DNA from: Flavobacteriales bacterium
GTDB lineage: Bacteria; Bacteroidota; Bacteroidia; DT-38
Assembly (NCBI GenBank): GCA_013214205.1
Contig: JABSPQ010000435.1
Span: forward strand, 9,943 to 73,942
Reading direction: 5' to 3'
DNA length: 64,000 bases
The notes under the pieces are model-generated. The model was given only the letters and a program-made list of their open reading frames with translations. It was not told the DNA's origin and made no database searches. Below, in pieces: positions 58,276-64,000 of the stretch. Position 1 is the first letter of the stretch. Every line of letters starts with the position of its first letter. The translations under genes and the position numbers were made by a program.

Positions 58276-60119
58276 TGTGTGGAATTGTAGGTTTATATAA
58301 TTCTAACACGCCCCCTACTTTAGAGGAGCTAGCCAAAATGGTAGATGCCATTAAGCACCGTGGGCCAGATTTCACAAACCACACCATCATTGGCAAAGTT
58401 GGCCTAGGACATGCTCGCCTCAGCATCATCGATACTTCTGCTGCCGCCAATCAACCTATGACCTCAGCAGACGAGCGCTACACCATTGTTTACAATGGAG
58501 AGGTTTACAATTTTAAAGAGATTAAAGAAGAGTTAAACGTTGATTTTAAGACAACTTCCGACACCGAGGTTGTTTTACAAGCATTTATTAAATGGGGTGT
58601 AGATTGCTATCAACACCTCAACGGCATGTTCGATTTCGCCATTTTCGACAAGCAAACGGAGGAGTTATTTCTGTTTCGAGATAGAATCGGCATTAAGCCA
58701 TTGTTCTATTACCAAAACGAAAACACTTTTGCTTTTTCATCCGAAATCAAAGGGATAACGGCCAATTCCTCAATTAAAGATTCCCTCGAAATCAATAAAT
58801 CGTCCATCTCTAGCTTCCTCCACCTTGGTTACATTCCAGAGCCAGAAACGATCTACAACAACATCAAAAAATTTCCAGCTGGAGCCGTTGGGATTTTCAA
58901 GGATGGTGAATTAAAAATCAGTCAAATTTGGAGTCCGAATGAAGCAATTAGCAATTTGGATACCGACAATTACGACCAAACGAAATCGAATCTCAAAAAA
59001 TTAATCAATTCGGCTGTTGGTTACCGAATGGTAAGCGATGTGCCCTATGGAACCTTCCTAAGTGGTGGCATAGATTCGAGCTTAATTACCGCCATGGCTC
59101 AATCTCAAATAGACCAATCGGTTAAAACTTTTTCGCTAGGAATCAAAGATTCTAATCGTGACGAATCCCAGTATGCAAAACAAGTTGCGGAACATTTAAA
59201 TACCGACCACCACGAATTAATGGTGAGTGTTGCCGACATTAAAGATCAGGTGGCATCGATGATCGAAACTTTCGATGAGCCTTTTGCAGATTCATCTGCT
59301 TTTTTAATGAGCATTGTTTCTAAGTTGGCGCGTAAAGAGGTAAAAATGGTTTTATCGGGCGATGGAGGCGACGAATTATTTATGGGCTATGGCGCTTACA
59401 AATGGGCCGACAGATTAAATAAGCCGTTGATAAAAGCTTTAAAAAAACCGATAAGTTCTGTACTTAATTTGGGCAACAACAGGGCCAAAAGAGCAGCAGG
59501 AGTCTTTAATTCGGGCAACAATACAAACCTCAAAAGCCATATATTTTCTCAGGAACAATATTACTTTTCAGAAGAAGAGCTCTCGACACTTCTTGTTGAG
59601 CCTGATTTAAACAACATTGATGTAATAAATTCGAATGTTGATTTAAGCAGAACGCTTTCAGCAAAAGAAGCTCAAGCACTTTTTGATCTCAATTATTATT
59701 TAAAAGATGATTTACTGGTAAAGGTAGATCGAGCTAGCATGAAATACGGCTTAGAAGTACGCACACCCCTACTCGATCATAGAATTGTTGAATACGTGCT
59801 AAACATCAACGAAAAATACAAAGAGGTTAAAGGAGAAACTAAATACATTTTAAAGGACATCCTTTACGACTATATTCCAAAGGCTTTCTTCGACCGACCT
59901 AAACAAGGCTTTTCCATTCCTTTAAACGAATGGTTACTAACCGATTTAAGTTTTCTGATAGATGATTATTTATCTGAAGAAGCGGTTGAGAAGGCGAACA
60001 TTGTAAAATTCGAGGAAGTAAACAATTACGTGAAAGACTTTAGAAATGGAGCCAATTATTTGTACAACAGAATTTGGACATTAATCTTGCTCCACAAATG
60101 GGTTGCACAAGCTAAATAG
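58275..60119 (+). CDS. Asparagine synthase (glutamine-hydrolysing) family amidotransferase, a WbpS-like candidate uronamide-forming enzyme
   Basis: The N-terminal nucleophile is MCGIVG and the PP-loop is FLSGGIDSS. It sits inside a glycan locus. Confidence 0.85.
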   Translation: MCGIVGLYNSNTPPTLEELAKMVDAIKHRGPDFTNHTIIGKVGLGHARLSIIDTSAAANQPMTSADERYTIVYNGEVYNFKEIKEELNVDFKTTSDTEVVLQAFIKWGVDCYQHLNGMFDFAIFDKQTEELFLFRDRIGIKPLFYYQNENTFAFSSEIKGITANSSIKDSLEINKSSISSFLHLGYIPEPETIYNNIKKFPAGAVGIFKDGELKISQIWSPNEAISNLDTDNYDQTKSNLKKLINSAVGYRMVSDVPYGTFLSGGIDSSLITAMAQSQIDQSVKTFSLGIKDSNRDESQYAKQVAEHLNTDHHELMVSVADIKDQVASMIETFDEPFADSSAFLMSIVSKLARKEVKMVLSGDGGDELFMGYGAYKWADRLNKPLIKALKKPISSVLNLGNNRAKRAAGVFNSGNNTNLKSHIFSQEQYYFSEEELSTLLVEPDLNNIDVINSNVDLSRTLSAKEAQALFDLNYYLKDDLLVKVDRASMKYGLEVRTPLLDHRIVEYVLNINEKYKEVKGETKYILKDILYDYIPKAFFDRPKQGFSIPLNEWLLTDLSFLIDDYLSEEAVEKANIVKFEEVNNYVKDFRNGANYLYNRIWTLILLHKWVAQAK

Positions 60120-61488
60120 CTGTACCTCCTTCGTTTTCTTCTTCAATACCTGTTTCCCATTCCATCTTTTTTTCGGTATGAGTAGACCATATAATAAAGA
60201 GCGCACTAACAAAAAACGGAATTAAAGGAATCTTATACCGCACCAACGATCCAAAATTGGCAGAAGCCAAGCCAATTGCAAACGAGAAAAACAGCACAAA
60301 TACGAGACAAAGTAACAGTAGAGGCGATCCTTTTATTATTTGGAACAATTTATATAGTCCTATTTTGACAATTAGATAAATTGAAAACATCATTAGAAAC
60401 AGGTTTTCCAAACCAGAAAGCAGCATTACCATATTCCCTGCTTCCCACACATACGGTCTAAACAAACCTGCTAAAATTGCCAGAGGCGCCTTTTCAGCAG
60501 CACCTAAAGCACTGCCGTCAAACTCTCCTAAATCATAGACATGTCCTTTATATTCCGCCCGTTTTAAATCACTTTGAGTAGTCTGAGCTTTTTTCAAAAC
60601 ATTTTGAGTTGAGTAACTCCCCAACAAACTTCCCATCGAAAGAATTAAAAAACTAAATACACTTATTCCAACTATTACTATTATAGGAGTAACAAGTGTT
60701 CTTAAAAATGCGCTCCTAATCTTCGAAATTTTACCGTAAAACAACCATATAAGTGTACCTGGTAAAATGGCGATAAAGATATACGGTTTAATCGCTAGCA
60801 TAGTAATAACTGCACATGCACCAATAAATACATTTGAAAGGATATTCTTTTTCTTGATAAATACAGAATAAAAACAAGCAACAAACCAACACATAGCAGA
60901 GAAGGTAATTGTATCTTTTAATAGCCCCGAACCCCAAAAAACTACCGAAGGAATAAACAAAAATGCAACGGCAAAATATTTTGTCAGATTGGGATATACT
61001 TCGCAAAACGTAAGAAACAACCTCCAAACGCCCAAAAACGACAAGGTTGCAGACACTATTGTAACGGCAATTATTGAATTAAAAGACAACAAAGCAAGCG
61101 GACTATATAACTGGCAAACTATAAAAGTTCGAGGATCTCTATAATAATACCACTTTGGCCATCCTATTTCACCATTAAACAACTGCCAATTCTGTGTGGT
61201 GTTGCCATTTAGCATGAGGTCTACATAACCATCAAAATTAGTAACCAACAACTTACTCAATACAACAGCAGATTCGTAATAAGCTATTGTATCTCCGTTT
61301 CCATAAACGATACTATAAATAGCAACAAGCCCTAATCCTCCTCCAACCTTTGCTAACAAGCCTGGTATAAAGTATCTATAAGCGTAATTAGTTTCGACAT
61401 TTTGTTGCTTAACAATCCTGAAAATCACCAAGACAATCCCTAAATAGATAGGTCCTAGAATAAAATCCCAAATGCTAAAAATATTCAT
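60112..61488 (-). CDS. Polytopic integral membrane protein, possibly a Wzy-like polymerase or another membrane glycosyltransferase
   Basis: It has ~12 hydrophobic helices and no soluble domain. It is the lone antisense gene within the plus-strand glycan operon. It has no diagnostic motif. Confidence 0.3.
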   Translation of the reverse strand: MNIFSIWDFILGPIYLGIVLVIFRIVKQQNVETNYAYRYFIPGLLAKVGGGLGLVAIYSIVYGNGDTIAYYESAVVLSKLLVTNFDGYVDLMLNGNTTQNWQLFNGEIGWPKWYYYRDPRTFIVCQLYSPLALLSFNSIIAVTIVSATLSFLGVWRLFLTFCEVYPNLTKYFAVAFLFIPSVVFWGSGLLKDTITFSAMCWFVACFYSVFIKKKNILSNVFIGACAVITMLAIKPYIFIAILPGTLIWLFYGKISKIRSAFLRTLVTPIIVIVGISVFSFLILSMGSLLGSYSTQNVLKKAQTTQSDLKRAEYKGHVYDLGEFDGSALGAAEKAPLAILAGLFRPYVWEAGNMVMLLSGLENLFLMMFSIYLIVKIGLYKLFQIIKGSPLLLLCLVFVLFFSFAIGLASANFGSLVRYKIPLIPFFVSALFIIWSTHTEKKMEWETGIEEENEGGTAI

Positions 61489-61592
61489 TCAATAAATGTA
61501 ATTGCTCTTGTAAATATAAGAAGACCTCACCAACAGTTTATTTATTTTCCAATATACTCTCTCGATTGATTGGTTATGATTAATTTTCGGAT

Positions 61593-62819
61593 ATGAATGT
61601 ATTGTACATATCATACGATGGCATGACCGATCCATTGGGGCAGTCGCAGGTAATTCCATATTTAGTTGGACTCAGTAAAAAAGGGCATCAGATTACGTTG
61701 CTTTCGTGCGAAAAAGTAGAGAACTATAAAAACCACAAAGAAAAAATCAGCCAGCTCCTAAGCTCAAACAACATTGATTGGCAGCCTATTAAATTCCGCA
61801 CGTCGCCCAAGTTTGTTTCATCTTTCATTAATTTATCGGTACTAAAAAAAACAACGCTTAAACTTTGTAAAGAGCGCTCTATTCAGCTAATACATGCAAG
61901 AAGTTATATTTCTGCAAAGGCAGCTTTGGAAGCAAAAAGAAAGCTAGGTGTCAAGTTTATTTTCGATATGCGAGGCTTTTGGGCCGATGAAAGAATTGAC
62001 GGAAACTTATGGGACAAAAGCAATTTCATTCACCGTACTCTCTACAACCTATTTAAAAAATTAGAAATTGACTACTTCGAAAATGCTGATGCCATTATAA
62101 GTTTAACAGAAACAGGTAAGCAGGAAATTAAATCGTGGAAAAACCTTAAATCAGATATTGCCGAAATTTCAATCATTCCGTGTTGCGCCGATTTAGATCT
62201 TTTCTCCTACAAGAATTTAGATCAAGTAAAAGTTAATGAGTTGAGAAACGAAATTGGAATTAAAGCAGATGAGTTTACTATCTCCTACCTTGGTTCCATT
62301 GGTACTTGGTACATGTTCGACGAAATGTTGCTTTTTTACAAAGAGCTTCTAAAAAAGAAACCCAATGCCCAATTCTTATTCATTAGCGGAACAGACGAAG
62401 CAATTATTTTACTGAGAGCTAAAGAACTCCAAGTTAAAACAGATGGCATATATGTTAGATCTGGTCAGCGGGAAGAAGTGCCGTTACTCTTGAGTTTAAG
62501 TAACATCTCATTGTTCTTTATTAAGCCGCTTTACTCTAAAAAAGGATCGTCGGCCACTAAGCTAGCAGAGATTTTAGGCATGGGAATTCCAGCTATTTCC
62601 AATACGAATGTAGGCGACCAAGAAAGACTTTTCGAAAAATACACCATGGGCGAACTCGTTGATTCTTTTGATTCGGAAACCTACAAAAAGATAATTGACA
62701 AAATTGACGACCTCGAAAAACTGGACAAAGAAGAATTAAGAAAGTCTGCAGTAGATTATTATAACCTAGAAAGTGGCGTAGAGAAATACGCAGCGATTTA
62801 CAATAGGTTAAAGAAATAG
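61593..62819 (+). CDS. Glycosyltransferase family 4 (GT-B)
   Basis: The N-terminus is NVLYISYDGMTDPLGQSQVIPYL. The C-terminus is GSSATKLAEILGMGIPAIS. Confidence 0.8.
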   Translation: MNVLYISYDGMTDPLGQSQVIPYLVGLSKKGHQITLLSCEKVENYKNHKEKISQLLSSNNIDWQPIKFRTSPKFVSSFINLSVLKKTTLKLCKERSIQLIHARSYISAKAALEAKRKLGVKFIFDMRGFWADERIDGNLWDKSNFIHRTLYNLFKKLEIDYFENADAIISLTETGKQEIKSWKNLKSDIAEISIIPCCADLDLFSYKNLDQVKVNELRNEIGIKADEFTISYLGSIGTWYMFDEMLLFYKELLKKKPNAQFLFISGTDEAIILLRAKELQVKTDGIYVRSGQREEVPLLLSLSNISLFFIKPLYSKKGSSATKLAEILGMGIPAISNTNVGDQERLFEKYTMGELVDSFDSETYKKIIDKIDDLEKLDKEELRKSAVDYYNLESGVEKYAAIYNRLKK

Positions 62820-62831
62820 ATAAAAGGACAA

Positions 62832-62851
62832 AATGGTCATATGACCGTTTA
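62832..62851. repeat. Near-perfect 20-bp palindrome AAAtGGTCAT|ATGACCgTTT with a perfect core GGTCATATGACC, a candidate element end or recombinase site
   Basis: It is read from the sequence ~150 bp upstream of the integrase start. Confidence 0.4.
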
Positions 62852-62997
62852 CATCCATATTTAAGATATAAACGACATGTCTTTTATATGAACGTTGAAC
62901 TAAAACGCTTTCAGCGTTGGCTCTTCCAGCCTTTTTCTAATCCAATTTTCATGTAAAGGAGTTAAACAGATTTTAATGTTTAACTAAATCTTCAATT

Positions 62998-63834
62998 ATG
63001 AAATCTTTACAAGAAAGAATGCTGCATGAAATGCAGCGCAGAAATTATAGTGTTCGAACTATTAACTCCTATCAAAGTTGCTTAAAAAGCTTATCAAATT
63101 ATTACCAACTCCCTTGGGATAAAATAAGTATTGAGCAAATCAAGGCTTATTTGCATTACTATATTATTGAAAAAAGTTGTAGTACTTCCTTTACCAACCA
63201 AACCATTAGCGCGGTTAAAATTCTGCATAGTGATGTGTTGAAAATTGGTTGGAACAAATTAGATATTAAGCGATCTAAAAGGCAAAAACAATTGCCTGTT
63301 GTGCTTTCAAAACAGGAAGCCTTATCAATTGTACATGCATTAGAGAATATTAAACACAAAGCCATTCTGATGATTGGCTATTCTGCAGGGTTACGCATTG
63401 GTGAAGTAATTAATTTGAAAGCTGATCATATCGATTCCAAACGAATGCAAATTAGGATTATTGGAGGAAAAGGTAGAAAGGATAGAAACACAATTTTGTC
63501 GCAAACCGCTTTAGAAGCCCTTAGGAGATATTATAAAGCCTATCAACCAAAGCAGTGGTTGTTCGAAGGATGGGGACCAAAGGGGAGTCAATATAGCACC
63601 ACCAGTATTAGTAAGGTGTTACATAAAGCTTGTAGAGAAGCGGGAGTAAAAAAGAAGATAACCTTCCATACCCTCAGCCATAGTTTTGTTACCCATTTAT
63701 TGGAGCAAGGAACTAGCATTTATGTTATTCAACGCTTGCTAGGACATTCGCATATATCTACTAGTAGTATGTATGTGCATGTGCAGCAACACAGTTTGGA
63801 TCAAGTAATAAGTCCTATCGACGCGGTATCATGA
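62998..63834 (+). CDS. Tyrosine site-specific recombinase / integrase (phage integrase family)
   Basis: The catalytic region is LSHSFVTHLLEQGTSIYVIQRLLGHSHISTSSMYVHV (H-x-x-R...Y). The N-terminal SAM-like domain is present. Confidence 0.88.
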   Translation: MKSLQERMLHEMQRRNYSVRTINSYQSCLKSLSNYYQLPWDKISIEQIKAYLHYYIIEKSCSTSFTNQTISAVKILHSDVLKIGWNKLDIKRSKRQKQLPVVLSKQEALSIVHALENIKHKAILMIGYSAGLRIGEVINLKADHIDSKRMQIRIIGGKGRKDRNTILSQTALEALRRYYKAYQPKQWLFEGWGPKGSQYSTTSISKVLHKACREAGVKKKITFHTLSHSFVTHLLEQGTSIYVIQRLLGHSHISTSSMYVHVQQHSLDQVISPIDAVS

Positions 63835-64000
63835 AAGCATACTGTAAGCCCAAATACGAAGTAGCTGATATAATGAATCTGTATGGGCAAGATTTTAAAA
63901 ACAGCAACAAGCTGCACTCATTTAATCACAAAGTGATGGGCGCAATACAGACTTGTAGAACTAGTGTGCTTGGTGGACATGTTGATAAGTGTACCAATTG
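63831..64000 (+). CDS. IS91-family transposase, N-terminal fragment. It is truncated by the window edge.
   Basis: The ATG overlaps the integrase stop (ATGA). The translated N-terminus ...HKVMGAIQTCRTSVLGGHVDKCTNC matches the IS91 transposase zinc-binding domain (C-R-T-x-x-LGGH...C-x-x-C). Confidence 0.7.
   Translation, partial: MKAYCKPKYEVADIMNLYGQDFKNSNKLHSFNHKVMGAIQTCRTSVLGGHVDKCTN

Larger units (their letters stand above)
62832..64000 (+). mobile_element. IS91-like element carrying a coupled tyrosine recombinase and an HUH/IS91 transposase. Only the left part is in the window.
   Basis: The recombinase and the IS91-family transposase are translationally coupled. The upstream palindrome is consistent with IS91 hairpin ends. 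The boundaries were not determined. Confidence 0.55.

Noticed and set aside
1-64000. CRISPR arrays and rRNA genes
   Set aside because: No regularly spaced direct repeats with unique spacers and no rRNA-like conserved stretches were seen anywhere in the window.

Overview
This is an AT-rich chromosome segment from a Bacteroidota genome, probably Flavobacteriia- or Cytophagia-like. That assignment rests on T9SS C-terminal sorting domains on two large secreted proteins, a PASTA/ddl/rluD neighbourhood, frequent TTG/GTG starts and overlapping, translationally coupled genes. No rRNA genes or CRISPR arrays were found.

The window has four parts:
- 1-2017: a truncated two-gene cassette abutting the 3' end of a tRNA-Met(CAU) gene. 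It is a Nuc-like single-HKD phospholipase-D nuclease fused to a KilA-C/ANT-like domain, plus a winged-helix protein cut by the window edge. It looks like the edge of an integrated island or defence locus.
- ~2.2-25.5 kb: housekeeping and envelope genes. These are an ICMT-like methyltransferase, an SRPBCC protein, an LptF/G-family permease with two GT4 glycosyltransferases, ribBA, tsaD, a TPR/beta-propeller/OmpA giant protein with an orphan OmpR-type response regulator, an MqnC/E-family radical SAM enzyme, rluD, a PASTA protein, ddl, rdgB and two T9SS cargo proteins.
- 25.7-62.8 kb: a ~37 kb mosaic glycan-biosynthesis super-locus. It contains a nonulosonic-acid module (neuB/neuC/neuD-like) with no CMP-transferase in the window, and a CotH-like protein. 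It contains an Arn-like module: a GT-C membrane transferase, an ArnC-like polyprenyl-phosphate GT2, a formyltransferase and a WecE-like dTDP-4-keto-6-deoxyhexose aminotransferase. It contains acylation genes: two inverted AT3 paralogues and an MBOAT with an SGNH-like partner. It contains an RmlD-like reductase, a clear D-glucuronyl C5-epimerase homologue and a methyltransferase-LmbE fusion. It contains a fused ABC exporter and a second DPM1-like GT2 plus GT-C pair. It contains a Wbp-like set (Gfo/Idh/MocA oxidoreductase, DegT aminotransferase, WbpG/PseA-family amidotransferase, AsnB-type amidotransferase) and at least eight GT-B glycosyltransferases. No priming phosphoglycosyltransferase, Wzx, Wzz or Wza/Wzc is recognisable. 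An isolated C8 tract sits in the divergent promoter at 47.9 kb.
- 62.8-64.0 kb: a tyrosine recombinase translationally coupled to a partial IS91-family transposase.

The most interesting hypotheses are periplasmic, lipid-carrier-based glycan decoration systems combined with uronic-acid epimerisation and di-amino-uronamide synthesis, possibly serving T9SS/A-LPS-type glycans, and the tRNA-adjacent PLD-nuclease cassette. All functional calls are from reading motifs in the supplied translations; no database search was run.
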